From assembly GCA_017609985.1 (NCBI GenBank), contig JAFCCW010000014.1:1-54103 (forward strand): DNA of 54,103 nt, given 5' to 3'. Positions 8,656 to 18,732 of this stretch are shown here, piece after piece. This stretch comes from Candidatus Iainarchaeum sp. (GTDB lineage Archaea; Iainarchaeota; Iainarchaeia; Iainarchaeales; JAFCCW01). The notes under the pieces were generated by a model, which was given only the letters and a program-made list of their open reading frames with translations, did not search any database and had not been told where the DNA came from. The stretch's first letter is position 1, and every line of letters begins with the position of its first letter. The position numbers and the translations under genes were made by a program.

Positions 8656-9423
8656 ATGATTTTAGTAAAAGTTCCAAGCGAGCAGGGTTCTCTGGAAAAA
8701 AACATTGGCTGTGCAAAAGCACCCGAGTCATTGCTTTCGTCTCTCTCCATTAATCCAGAGCAGGTTGATGAAGTCAGGGTTGAAAAGTCGGACATTGAGG
8801 AAACCGACAAAGCAATTTTTGAAAAAACAAGCAAGCTTCTCAAATCAGAGAGCAGACTCTTTCTTTTGGGAGGGGACCATTCAATTACTTATTCTTCTTT
8901 CTCTGCTTTTTCTTCTCATTTTTCTCCAGAGCAATCCTCTCTCTTGATTTTTGATGCTCACGCTGACTCTTACCAGTCTTTCAAGCCTGTGTCTCACGAG
9001 GACATGAACCGAGTTCTTGTCGAAGAAAAAAGCCTATTGCCTTCCAATCTCATGATTGTTGGTGTCAGAAGCATTTATCCTCCTGAGCAGGAATTTATCG
9101 AAAAGCATTCAATTCAGACAATTTCTTCCGAGCAAGTTTCGCTTGAACCTTTTCATTCTCTTCAGCAAGTTGAAGGATTTGTTGCAAAAGCAAAAAACCT
9201 CTATGTAAGCATTGACATTGATGCTTTTGATCCAAGCATTGCTCCTGCCACTGGATATGTTGAAGAGAATGGCTTGCTTTGGAAACAGTTCTCGGCATTG
9301 CTTTCTCCTGCTCTTAAATCTGGAAAGCTTTGGGCTGGTGACTTGGTTGAATTCAATCCATTGATGAGAGGAGCAGAAAAAACCCAGATTCTTTGCGAGA
9401 ATATCATTAAAAAGTTTTTATGA
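8656..9423 (+). CDS. Arginase/agmatinase family ureohydrolase
   Basis: GGDHSIT, FDAHAD, SIDIDAFDPSIAPATG, DLVEFNP. Confidence 0.88.
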   Translation: MILVKVPSEQGSLEKNIGCAKAPESLLSSLSINPEQVDEVRVEKSDIEETDKAIFEKTSKLLKSESRLFLLGGDHSITYSSFSAFSSHFSPEQSSLLIFDAHADSYQSFKPVSHEDMNRVLVEEKSLLPSNLMIVGVRSIYPPEQEFIEKHSIQTISSEQVSLEPFHSLQQVEGFVAKAKNLYVSIDIDAFDPSIAPATGYVEENGLLWKQFSALLSPALKSGKLWAGDLVEFNPLMRGAEKTQILCENIIKKFL

Positions 9424-9445
9424 ACTAATATTGATGGGAAGTTGC

Positions 9446-10747
9446 ATGTCAATTGTAATGAAGTTTGGAGGCTCGTCTGTTGGGAGTCCTGAGCGAATAA
9501 AGGCTGTTGGAGAAATTGTCAGGTCTCGCCTTGAAAAAAAACCAATTGTTGTTGTCAGCGCAATGAAGGGAGTAACTGATCTTCTTCTTGAATCTGGCAA
9601 AAAAAACAATTTTGAAGAAATCAAGAAAAAGCATTTGGATGTGATGGAAGAATTTGGAATTCCTGAAGAAAGCCTTGCTCCTGTTTTCAAAGAGCTTGAA
9701 AAAGTTCTTTCTTCAGTTTCTCAGGAACTGTCTTCTAAGGAAAAAGACCTTGTTTCAAGTTTTGGAGAGCGTCTTTCAGCAAGACAGTTTGCTGCCTATT
9801 TGCAAACCCAAAAAATGGATTCAACTGCTTTTGATGCTTTTGATATTGGCTTGACAACTGATTCAAATTTTCTTTCTGCGAATGTTGTTGAAGAAAGTTT
9901 TGAAAAAATAAATGCTGCTCTCAGACCTGTTGAAGATATTCCTGTGGTAACAGGTTTTATTGCAAAGGATTCTGCTGGAAACATTACTACTTTGGGCAGG
10001 GGTGGAAGTGACTACACTGCTGCTTTGTTGGGCAAGGCAGTCAAAGCTGAAGCAATTGAAATATGGACTGATGTTAATGGAATAATGAGCACTGATCCGC
10101 GCATTGTTTCAGAGGCAAAGACTCTTCCGATTGTTTCATTCAATGAGGCGGCAGAACTTGCTTTTTTTGGAGCAAAAGTTCTTCACCCTAAAACAATAGA
10201 ACCTGCTGTTGAGCTAAATATTCCTGTCAAAGTTCTTAATTCTTTTGAACCTGAGAATCGGGGAACAACTATCTTGAAAGAAAGCGAGCAGTCTGAAAAT
10301 ACTATTAAGGCAATTGCGCTTAAACAGGGAGTGACTCACTTAACTATTCATTCAACCAGAATGCTTGATGCTCCGGGTTTTATGGCTCGCGTTTTTAATG
10401 TCTTTGAAAAATACTGTCTGGACATTGACATGATTGCAACAAGCGAGGTTAGTCTTTCTCTGACACTTAACAATCCTGACAAGAGTCTGGTTGGAAAGGC
10501 AGTAAAAGAACTTAATAGTTTTTCAAGCACAACTGTGTCTGATGGAAAAAGCATGGTGTGCGCTGTTGGAGAGGGTTTACGGGAGACACCAGGTCTTGCA
10601 GGCAGAATGTTTTCTGCTCTTGGCTCTGCCGGGATAAATGTCACAATGATTTCTTCTGGTGGTTCAGCAATCAATAGTGCCTGTGTTGTTGACGAAAAAG
10701 ACTCTGAACAGGCAGTAAAGGTTTTGCACAAGGAATTTGTCTGCTGA
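9446..10747 (+). CDS. lysC: Aspartate kinase with ACT domains
   Basis: VMKFGGSSV, SFGERLS, TTLGRGGSDYTA, IWTDVNG, GAKVLHP. Confidence 0.93.
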   Translation: MSIVMKFGGSSVGSPERIKAVGEIVRSRLEKKPIVVVSAMKGVTDLLLESGKKNNFEEIKKKHLDVMEEFGIPEESLAPVFKELEKVLSSVSQELSSKEKDLVSSFGERLSARQFAAYLQTQKMDSTAFDAFDIGLTTDSNFLSANVVEESFEKINAALRPVEDIPVVTGFIAKDSAGNITTLGRGGSDYTAALLGKAVKAEAIEIWTDVNGIMSTDPRIVSEAKTLPIVSFNEAAELAFFGAKVLHPKTIEPAVELNIPVKVLNSFEPENRGTTILKESEQSENTIKAIALKQGVTHLTIHSTRMLDAPGFMARVFNVFEKYCLDIDMIATSEVSLSLTLNNPDKSLVGKAVKELNSFSSTTVSDGKSMVCAVGEGLRETPGLAGRMFSALGSAGINVTMISSGGSAINSACVVDEKDSEQAVKVLHKEFVC

Positions 10748-10800
10748 AGAACCAGCTTTTTAAACTCTTTTTAACGCATTTTTTATGTTCCATTTGTTTT

Positions 10801-10883
10801 GCCGGTGTGGGAGAGTGGTTTAATCCGCCTGTCTCGAAAACAGGTGTCCTCTGGACTCGCAGGTTCGAATCCTGTCGCCGGCG
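10801..10883 (+). tRNA. tRNA-Ser(CGA)
   Basis: Acceptor GCCGGTG/CGCCGGC-G; anticodon arm CCTGT-CTCGAAA-ACAGG; long variable arm. Confidence 0.93.
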
Positions 10884-10953
10884 TTTAAGGGATTTAGCCC
10901 AGCGAATAGTTCAAATATTAAATTGTTTCATTCTTATTATTTGTGGTGATTTA

Positions 10954-11400
10954 ATGTCTGAAAACGCTTCTGAAAAAGTTTCTGAAAATAATGGCTGTAT
11001 TTTTTGCAAAATTGTTGCAGGGGAAATCCCAGCAGCTGTTCTGTTTGATGGAGAAAATGTTCTTTCTTTTCTTGACATAATGCCTGCTGCGTCAGGCCAT
11101 GCTTTGGTTGTTTCCAAAGAACATTTTGCAACTCTTCTTGACGTGCCTCATGATGTGCTAAAAGACCTTGCTTTAACAATTCAGAAAGTTTCAGCCGCGG
11201 TTGTAAAGCATACTGGTGCTTCTGGCTTCAATGTTTTGCAGTCAAATCATGAGTCTGCGGGGCAGGTTATTCCTCATGTTCACTTTCATATAATCCCAAG
11301 ATTTGAAAATGATGACTTGAACTTTAACTGGGTGCAAAAGACACAGGATACTGCTGAACTAAATGCTTATGCAAATGAAATAAAGGAAAGTCTCAAGTAG
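10954..11400 (+). CDS. HIT family nucleotide hydrolase
   Basis: CIFCKIVAGEIP, GHALVV, AGQVIPHVHFHIIPR. Confidence 0.93.
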   Translation: MSENASEKVSENNGCIFCKIVAGEIPAAVLFDGENVLSFLDIMPAASGHALVVSKEHFATLLDVPHDVLKDLALTIQKVSAAVVKHTGASGFNVLQSNHESAGQVIPHVHFHIIPRFENDDLNFNWVQKTQDTAELNAYANEIKESLK

Positions 11401-12844
11401 TGTGCACTAGCATTTTTTCTTCAAATCCATTTTCTCTTATGTGTGACAGTAATGCAAGGAGACTCCATGCCTGATAGTTTGTTTTGCTTTTGAGCGTCAC
11501 TGTTGTTGTCTGGTTTTTTGGGTCGTAACTCTTTTCAATAACTTCAATGTCGAGAAATTTTTGTTTAATAAATTTTGAATCATCAACTTCTTGGAACCAG
11601 TGCACTTTGAATCTTTTCACAAGGGGCACGACTTCTTTTTTCATTGCATAGAGATATGTCTCAGGTTTTAGTTTTTGCACCAACCTGTTTTGAAGTTCAA
11701 TTGGTCTGAATGATTTGTCTGCATCAATTATCGCGTAAGCTAGCCAGCCCTCTCTTTCAAATTCTTTTACTGTTCCAAATTCCTCTATTGTTTTCAAAAC
11801 TTCTTTGCTTTCTGAATTGTCTGGAATTCCGTAAATGAATATTCCCTGGTTCTGCCCCTCAATGTTCAATCCATAAGAAAAGTCCATCAAAAGTCCAAAG
11901 GAAAGATTTGCAGTGAAAATTAAAATTATTGCAAGACCTGCGTTTCCCCAGTTAATCTCTAACTTTTTTTGCTGAAATATTCTCACAAAATAGTATGCTA
12001 GGGACAAAAACATTGCCAGTGAAAGAGGATATGTTCCGCTGTATGATCTAAAGCCTGTGGAAATCATTAACATTGCAAAAAATCCTGTGCCAAGGCAGGG
12101 AATTAAATAATCTATTTTTGTTTTATTGGTTTTTTTTTCAACCCACCAGACAAGAAAGAAAAATGCAACAAATGGAATTCCATTCTCAAGCACCCCTCCG
12201 TCAATAATTCTTATAAATATTCCAAGTAGTCCTGCAGAGAACGCAACAAATCCTAGTGTGCTTGTGTTTTCAATTTCTTTTGTAAGAAGTAATATTCCTG
12301 AAATCAGCAATAACGCAAGAACAACTATGAATGCCAGAGACCATGCTTCGGGAAACTGAACCAGCTCGTAGAAGGGTCCGCCGTCATCAAATTTTCCTCC
12401 AAAATCAAGTCCGGATGTTTTTTCAATAAACTTGAGTGTTATTTTTGGAAAATGATTGTGGCTGTATCCGGAGGCTTCCCAGTTCTTGTAGTTTTCTGAA
12501 TCAATCATTGCTCCATGGGATTCAATAAATGAATCAAACTGGTTTGTGAATATTAATAATTGAATAAATCCGAGAGCAAAGCCTGCTATTACAATCGCTG
12601 AAAAAATCTTTTCCAAATTCTGTGCATTTATTTTTTCTTGAATTCTGGTTTTTCTTACTCCAATGACAAGAAATGGAATCAATGCAAACCAAGCGCTTGC
12701 AAATAAAAGTTTTCCAAAAGAGTTTCCTCCGAAAAATGCTTGCATTGCACCTCTTAACAGAAATGCAAATTCAGGAATAAGCAGGTATAATGCTGTCAGG
12801 ACTGCTGTTCCAGCTCCTAAAATCACAAGTTTTTTGTTTTCCAT
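11393..12844 (-). CDS. Multi-pass membrane protein, unknown function
   Basis: About 9-10 hydrophobic segments plus a soluble C-terminal domain. Confidence 0.7.
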   Translation of the reverse strand: MENKKLVILGAGTAVLTALYLLIPEFAFLLRGAMQAFFGGNSFGKLLFASAWFALIPFLVIGVRKTRIQEKINAQNLEKIFSAIVIAGFALGFIQLLIFTNQFDSFIESHGAMIDSENYKNWEASGYSHNHFPKITLKFIEKTSGLDFGGKFDDGGPFYELVQFPEAWSLAFIVVLALLLISGILLLTKEIENTSTLGFVAFSAGLLGIFIRIIDGGVLENGIPFVAFFFLVWWVEKKTNKTKIDYLIPCLGTGFFAMLMISTGFRSYSGTYPLSLAMFLSLAYYFVRIFQQKKLEINWGNAGLAIILIFTANLSFGLLMDFSYGLNIEGQNQGIFIYGIPDNSESKEVLKTIEEFGTVKEFEREGWLAYAIIDADKSFRPIELQNRLVQKLKPETYLYAMKKEVVPLVKRFKVHWFQEVDDSKFIKQKFLDIEVIEKSYDPKNQTTTVTLKSKTNYQAWSLLALLSHIRENGFEEKMLVHTT

Positions 12845-12881
12845 ATTAGTAGAAACCCGCAATTTCTTTTTAAATACCTTT

Positions 12882-15188
12882 ATGGACTATGTTATCATTG
12901 TGGTCAAAGTGAAGAATTTCCTGAAAATCTTTGCATTGTTGTTTGTTCTTTTTTCTTCTGTTTTTCTTGTTTCTTCAGTTTGGCATATTTTTGCTCCGCC
13001 AGAACAGAATTCTTTTTATTTAAATTCTTTTGACACGGTTTCATATTCTGATGCTTGTTTTGAACTAGGCTGTCTCGGACCCTGCGATTCTCAAAGCAAT
13101 GTTCTTGCAACAGTGTCCGGAAGAGAAGTTGTCTCTGATTCAATCTCAGGCAATGCTGTGAAAGAGTTTTGTTTTCCAATTTCCTCTATTTCTGCAGGTC
13201 AGAACAAGTTGCTGGTTTCTGCTGGAGACCAAACCCTGTTTTATCATTTTTTGGTTTCTGAAAAAGATATTTCCAGCAAAAAAATTCCTTCTGCTTATTT
13301 CGATGTTATTGGAAACAATCTTGTCAAGTTCTATGTTTCTGGTTTTCCTGAAGGCAGACATTCTCCTGTTTCAATTGTTGTCAACGGAAATCTTGACCAT
13401 TCAGTTTATCCCCCGTCCGGGGATAGCTTTTTTTCTGAACGCGTGTTTTTTGGCCAGGGAGAGAATTCTGTTTCATTGTTTTTTGAGGGAAAAGAAATTG
13501 CAAGCTCTTCAAAGCAGTTGTCTGTCACAATTCCTAAATCAATTCCTCTTGTCGGATTATTGTTTTTGACTTTTTCAGTTTCTATTCTTTTTGTTGCCTT
13601 TTCTGACCGCGGACTGCTTTTTGCATCTGCTTTCTCTTTTGTTTCCTATTTTCTGATTACAGTAATTCTTTCATTTGTGCTTTCTCTTTTCTCCGTGTTC
13701 ACAGAAGTTGTTTTTGTTATTCTCTTTCTCGCAGTAATTGTTTCAATTGCTTTTGCAAAGAGGTCAAACTTTTCAAAAATTCCTGATTTTGATTTCAAAA
13801 AATATGGTTTCTTTCTTGCTGCTCTTGCAATTGTTGTTCTCTTTATTCTTTTTGTTCCGCACTTGTTTACTCAGTCCCATCATACTTTTTTCAATACTTT
13901 TTATGAACGTGGCTCTGCTATGTTTGTTGATTCAAGTTCTCTTCCTTTGAGGGATTCTTTCAGTTATCTTGGGCGTGATTTTTCTTTTGTTCCTGGCTAC
14001 TTCTTTATTGAAAGCGCAACATCTTACTTGACTGGTTTTTCCGGAAAGCCATTGTTTGCAACAATGCTTTTGTTGTCCATGCTTTCCCTTGTTTCCTGTT
14101 CTTCTTTATTTTTCAGGTCTCTGCTGTCGAGAAAAAACTTTTTGATTGCTCCCCTTCTTCTTCTTTCAAGCAGTTTTATTTTTACTGCTGTTACTGTTAC
14201 TCCGCGTCATGGCATTGCAATCGCATTGCTTTTCGCAGGACTTTACTCTGTTTTCAGACTCAGAATTTTTTCTTCAGCTTTGATTCTTGGAATTGCTTCT
14301 TTTGTTCAACTTCCTATTCTTGCAGGCTTTGCTTTTGTTTATCCTTTCCTGCAAAAAAAGCCAGACTATAAAAAACTCTTGAAAGTTTTTGCTCTTGCAT
14401 TCTCTTTCTTTGTTGTATTGTTTTCTCCGATTCTTCTAGCAATTGGTATTCCCTATCAGACAACTCCTTTTGACTGGGGCTATCTGATAAAACTTCCCTT
14501 GGAGTATCTTCTTGTTGATCAGGGAATCTTGTTTATGGTTTCCTTGTTTGCTCTTGGCCTCTCTTTGTTTTCAAGAAGGCCTGGTTTGCCTGTTTTTTCA
14601 GGCTATTCAAAAAAGCTTTTTGCAGGAATCTTAATCGCATTTTTGTTGAATGTTTTTGTGAGCTCTAGAATGAATCTCTTTGTTTCAATTATTCTGGTTG
14701 GCTTTGTTGCTTCGCTTTTTGAAGCACTTCCAAAAATTCAGCAAAAACAATTTAAGACAGTTTTTGCTTTTGTTCTTTTGTTTTCTCTTTTTTCTTCCCC
14801 TGCGATTGTTTCAGTTACAACTCTTGATTCTGAAACAATTGCTGGTTTGAAGTATGTTCAACACAATGCTTCGACTAATGCAAATATTCTTGCTGACCCA
14901 GTGTATGGTCATGCTGTTGCTTTTATTTCCGAGCGCAAGGTTCTTGCTGATTTGATGGTGGAATATGCAAGTGAGTTCAAGCTAAATGATGCTTACAAGT
15001 TTTTGCTTGAAGAAGATTATTCTATTCTTTCCAAGTACTCTATTTCTTTTGTCTTGAACAAGCCCGACAAGATTAACAGGAATGCCTGGCAACTTTATGA
15101 AATCGATGGAAGAAAAAAAATAGAGTTTGAAGAACTGAACAAGGTTTTTTCAAACAACTCGCTTTTTGTTCACTTTGTTCCGAAGTGA
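12882..15188 (+). CDS. Large multi-pass membrane protein, putative GT-C-type glycosyltransferase
   Basis: N-terminal beta-rich domain, many TM helices, C-terminal ILADPVYGHAVAFISERKVLAD resembling the STT3/AglB WWDYG region. Confidence 0.55.
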   Translation: MDYVIIVVKVKNFLKIFALLFVLFSSVFLVSSVWHIFAPPEQNSFYLNSFDTVSYSDACFELGCLGPCDSQSNVLATVSGREVVSDSISGNAVKEFCFPISSISAGQNKLLVSAGDQTLFYHFLVSEKDISSKKIPSAYFDVIGNNLVKFYVSGFPEGRHSPVSIVVNGNLDHSVYPPSGDSFFSERVFFGQGENSVSLFFEGKEIASSSKQLSVTIPKSIPLVGLLFLTFSVSILFVAFSDRGLLFASAFSFVSYFLITVILSFVLSLFSVFTEVVFVILFLAVIVSIAFAKRSNFSKIPDFDFKKYGFFLAALAIVVLFILFVPHLFTQSHHTFFNTFYERGSAMFVDSSSLPLRDSFSYLGRDFSFVPGYFFIESATSYLTGFSGKPLFATMLLLSMLSLVSCSSLFFRSLLSRKNFLIAPLLLLSSSFIFTAVTVTPRHGIAIALLFAGLYSVFRLRIFSSALILGIASFVQLPILAGFAFVYPFLQKKPDYKKLLKVFALAFSFFVVLFSPILLAIGIPYQTTPFDWGYLIKLPLEYLLVDQGILFMVSLFALGLSLFSRRPGLPVFSGYSKKLFAGILIAFLLNVFVSSRMNLFVSIILVGFVASLFEALPKIQQKQFKTVFAFVLLFSLFSSPAIVSVTTLDSETIAGLKYVQHNASTNANILADPVYGHAVAFISERKVLADLMVEYASEFKLNDAYKFLLEEDYSILSKYSISFVLNKPDKINRNAWQLYEIDGRKKIEFEELNKVFSNNSLFVHFVPK

Positions 15189-15201
15189 ATTCTGTTATCC
15201 A

Positions 15202-17621
15202 TTACCTCAAAAATGCGCTTGCAGTAACACCAGCATCCCATGAAAGCCTTGGCCTGATTTTTATCATCCAAATTTTTTCTGTGTTGTCATCTATTACTAG
15301 CGCGAATCCTTTTGCTCTTGGCATCTGCGCATAGTACTTGTCAAAATCTTGGTTCATGTAGCTTGGGCGTAGTGCAGCAACAGCTTCAATATCTGGCTTT
15401 GAAGTCATCCTGTGGCTAATGAATAAATCGCATTGGGATATTGCATCTGGGTGAAGCTTGTTTGGTCTCTGGGTTGCGAGAAGAAGGCTTAATCCTGGTT
15501 GTCTTCCAACTCTAACCCATTCCAAGAGAACCTGTAGTGCAATGCTTGGTCTGTCGTTTGGCATGAACATGTGTGCTTCGTCTATTAGCATCCAGATTAT
15601 TGGCATAGAACTTTCTTTCTTTTGTCCTTTGACAAGTTTCATTTCCTCTTCTTTTCTGTAAAGCATTCTTTCTTCAAAAAGCCTTTTGCCCAACATTGCG
15701 ACAATTATGTCTCTTGTTCCTTCCATTCCAATTGACTGTCTGTACGAGCTTACATCAATGACAGTTATTTTTCCTGGCTTTGCAATATCCATTATTTTTG
15801 TTCCTTTTTTTTCAATAAGCCCCCAGGTCTTTGCCATTTTCATTCTGCTGACCAAAGCCTGTCTGGTCAACTTTTCTGATTCAGTGTCCTGATTTATTAC
15901 TGAGATGATGTCGTCTATTCCATAGTATGTTCCCATTTTTTCTCTGACTGTTTCAATTACTCTTGAAATCAGAACTCCTTCTGCATCTTTCCAAGTGAGT
16001 GTAAATAGAGTCATCCATTCAACTGCGTCAAGCTCGCTTGCTTTGAGAGTGAATGAGCCATCTATTGGAACTTCTTTTTCTCTGTAAAATTCTTCTTTTC
16101 CTTTTGGAACAAGAACTCGTATGTCGGTAGCCTCTGGGTGCAGGCCCCATTCGGAGAGAATTTCTTCATTTTCCTTGTTTGGGATTTTGAGACTCCAAAA
16201 AATTCCAACAGTGTCAATTGTGATAACTGAAATTCTCTGCCTTACTTCTACTGGCAGACGGGCAAACTCTTCGAGAAAGACAGACATTGTGTAACTGTTG
16301 TGGATTATGATGTCGTTAGCAACAAAATTGTGTCCTTCCGGAACAGAAATATCAAATACTTTTGTTTTTTTGTTTATTTCTTCAATGCTTTTGATTTCAT
16401 CCCAATAAATATCTGACTCAGCAAGCAATTGGACAAGCTCGTTTTCATCAGCAATAGCTATTTGCAATAGCTTGTTTCTGCTTGGAGAATATTTTGTGCT
16501 TTCCCTTAATGCTTTTGGGTGTTTGTAGCCTATTTTTCTTCCAATTTTTGCCCAGTTTTCAGGAGTATATTGGTTCCAAAGTTCTTTTGGTATTGTATCG
16601 TAGTTCGGGTTAAATTTTCTTTCTGCAAAATCTCTTTGTGCGATTTTTTGAATTTTTTCTTTTTCTCCAAAGAATCCGATTTTGTCTAAAAATTCTTTAC
16701 AGAAAAATCCTTCAATTGTGATTTCAAATGATTCAAATTTCTTGCCTTCTAAAAAGATTGTTTTTTTTCTTAGTGTAGATATGATTCCAAATTTTAGGAG
16801 AAGATGCTGGACTTGTTTTATCAATTTTTCAGAGCTTGAACAATATCCTATTCTGGTTCTATTTCCTTCCCTCCGGATTGTTCCATCGCAAGAAAACAAG
16901 CGGTTTAAGAACAATGCAGTTTTTTGTTCAGTTAGGGAAAAAACTTTTACGGGAATTGTTTTTTCGATTGCTTTAAAACCGTATGCTCCAACTGAAATAA
17001 GCCATTCTCTTAAATAGTTCTTTTTTTCCATCTGAATTCCTTTTGCGAATTTTCCATTGCCTCTGGATTCCGCAATTATTTTTGTTTTTTTATTTGGATT
17101 GATTACTCTGAATTGTCCTTCTTGATTTTTCATTTTCTTAACTTCAAGTCTCTTGTCAAAATCTTCTACTGATTTGCGAAAATCTTTTTGGATTTTTTCA
17201 TCAAAATTTGTGAACAAAACTGCTCTGGAAATAGTGTGTCCTTCAGCAATGAGAAATGCTAGAAGTTTTACTTGGCTCTCACTCATAAATTCATTTCCAA
17301 AAAAACCAATCTTTCTTGGCGTTGCAATTCTCGAGCCGGTTTGTAGTTCACTTGCTGGTTTCCATCCTTCAATTGTGAGCAAAGGGTGTTCAGGAGTAAG
17401 TTTTATTTCTTTTCCAGTTCTTGTAGTTAGTTTTAGTATCTTGTTAACTTCTCGTGTAAAGAATTCTTGTTTTTTTGTAGAACTTAATTTGAAGTCTTCG
17501 CCGAGGGAAATTATCTTTTTTGAATTGTTTTAAAGCCGGTTCCCTTGTCTCCGTGCTTTTCTATATCGTGCAATGATCTTCCAATTATTGCTTTCTTTTC
17601 ACTAAAATCCATGTCTGGCAT
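15202..17621 (-). pseudogene. HerA/DUF87-family ATPase with intein, disrupted by internal deletion and frameshift near 17530
   Basis: C-extein has IWMLIDEAH and LATQRP. Main frame is open 15202..17529; the putative N-terminus (MPDMDFSEKKAIIGRS, 17511..17621) is in another frame; Walker A absent. Confidence 0.75.
16297..17529 (-). mobile_element. Intein with LAGLIDADG endonuclease domain; N-terminal splice junction missing
   Basis: Block B KLTPEHP, LLAFLIAEG and FLNRLFSCDG, blocks F/G VFDISVPEGHNFVANDIIIHN followed by Ser. Confidence 0.9.
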
Positions 17622-17718
17622 GCGTATCCATAATGCTGTTTTTGTTTTTATATCTTTTCTTGAAAAATAGTTTTCTGATTGGGGGTGGTGGTTATGGTTT
17701 GTTGTAGTTTGATTGCAA

Positions 17719-17792
17719 GGCAAAGGAGGGGGGAGGGTTTATGGCAGGAAACTGAAACGGCAAAGGAGGTGGGGGTTGGGAGCAAAAGGAGG
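17719..17792 (+). repeat. Three GCAAA(A)GGAGG motifs in a G-rich intergenic tract
   Basis: Copies at 17719, 17759 and 17782, with flanking G-runs. Confidence 0.75.
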
Positions 17793-17800
17793 TAATCCTT

Positions 17801-18253
17801 TTAGTTCTTTGCCAAGTATACAACTTTCCTGCCTGCCCTGATTTTTTTCAGGTGCCCTCCCTCGTAAAGTCTATTTAAGCGCTGTGATGCTGCATTCTTG
17901 TTCTTGTATCCCAGCAATTGTTTTATGTCTTTTGCTTCAACCTGCCCTTGTTCTTTAACCTGGTGCATTATCATCTGGTCTGCTTCTGACAAAACCTGGT
18001 TTTGTGGTTTGTCACCAGCTATGTTTTTCAGGATTTTTTCATATTTTGAGTTTATTTCTTTCAAGAGCTTGTTGGTTTCTTCTCTCTCTTTGACAAGCTT
18101 GTACAGCAATGCTGAAACAAATCCCGGGTTTTTGCTCATTTTAAAGATTTCTTGAATATCAAGAGTTAATTCACTGAATTCTGGTGAAATCTTTGAAATA
18201 ATTTCTTCCTCGCTTACAGCGCCTGTCTTGTCAGTAGAGTCATGAGATATCAT
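17801..18253 (-). CDS. Coiled-coil plus winged-helix DNA-binding protein, putative regulator
   Basis: C-terminal wHTH pattern LSEADQMIM, AASQRLNRLYEGGHLKKIRAGRKVVY. Confidence 0.75.
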   Translation of the reverse strand: MISHDSTDKTGAVSEEEIISKISPEFSELTLDIQEIFKMSKNPGFVSALLYKLVKEREETNKLLKEINSKYEKILKNIAGDKPQNQVLSEADQMIMHQVKEQGQVEAKDIKQLLGYKNKNAASQRLNRLYEGGHLKKIRAGRKVVYLAKN

Positions 18254-18288
18254 GTTGTATCATGATAGTGTCATGATATATATAAACT
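18240..18288 (-). promoter_or_regulatory. TATA box plus four phased TCATGA boxes (putative operator)
   Basis: TCATG(A/T) at 18240, 18250, 18260 and 18271; TTTATATA on the minus strand just upstream. Confidence 0.6.
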
Positions 18289-18375
18289 TTTCGCTTTAGT
18301 TTTTTTCCACTGAACTAGAATCAGCTATTTATTTTTCCTTTAAACAAAAAAGTAAATAAAAAGGGGGTTTAGCCC

Positions 18376-18648
18376 CTATTTTGAGAGTTTTATTTCAATC
18401 GAGGACACTTTTAATGGTGTTCCCTCTGCAGAAGTTACTTCTTCTGTTGAAATATTTATGTCTGCTAGTTTTAGGTCCTGCACGAACTTATTTCTGACTA
18501 TTTCAGCAACATCTACTGCTTTGCTGATTGTTTTTCCTCTTGCTTTGATGTTTACTTCTTTTGCGCCTTGATTTACTTGTGTTACTACTGCAAGAACATA
18601 GCTCATTGTTCCTTTTTTTCCTATGAATACTGAGTTTTCCTCTGCCAT
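18376..18648 (-). CDS. albA: DNA/RNA-binding protein Alba
   Basis: [40 protein letters not shown]. Confidence 0.95.
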   Translation of the reverse strand: MAEENSVFIGKKGTMSYVLAVVTQVNQGAKEVNIKARGKTISKAVDVAEIVRNKFVQDLKLADINISTEEVTSAEGTPLKVSSIEIKLSK

Positions 18649-18732
18649 TGTTGCACCTCCAAACTAAATAGCTGTATGGTTATAATTGAATTTGTAAAAA
18701 TATTTAAATATTGCTTATTTGAATAGAATCAG

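Noticed and set aside
10807-10953. N-terminal extension of the HIT ORF
   Set aside because: It overlaps tRNA-Ser; ATG 10954 has a GGTGA RBS.
12663-12881. N-terminal extension of the 841-aa membrane ORF
   Set aside because: It overlaps the divergent gene on the opposite strand; a later start is more plausible.
17511-17540. Programmed frameshift or split intein restoring the HerA-like ATPase
   Set aside because: A frameshift at the A-run would still give a protein with no Walker A and no intein block A, and no separate N-intein gene is visible in the window.
17681-17795. CRISPR array
   Set aside because: Repeats are only about 11 nt with irregular spacing, and there are no cas genes.
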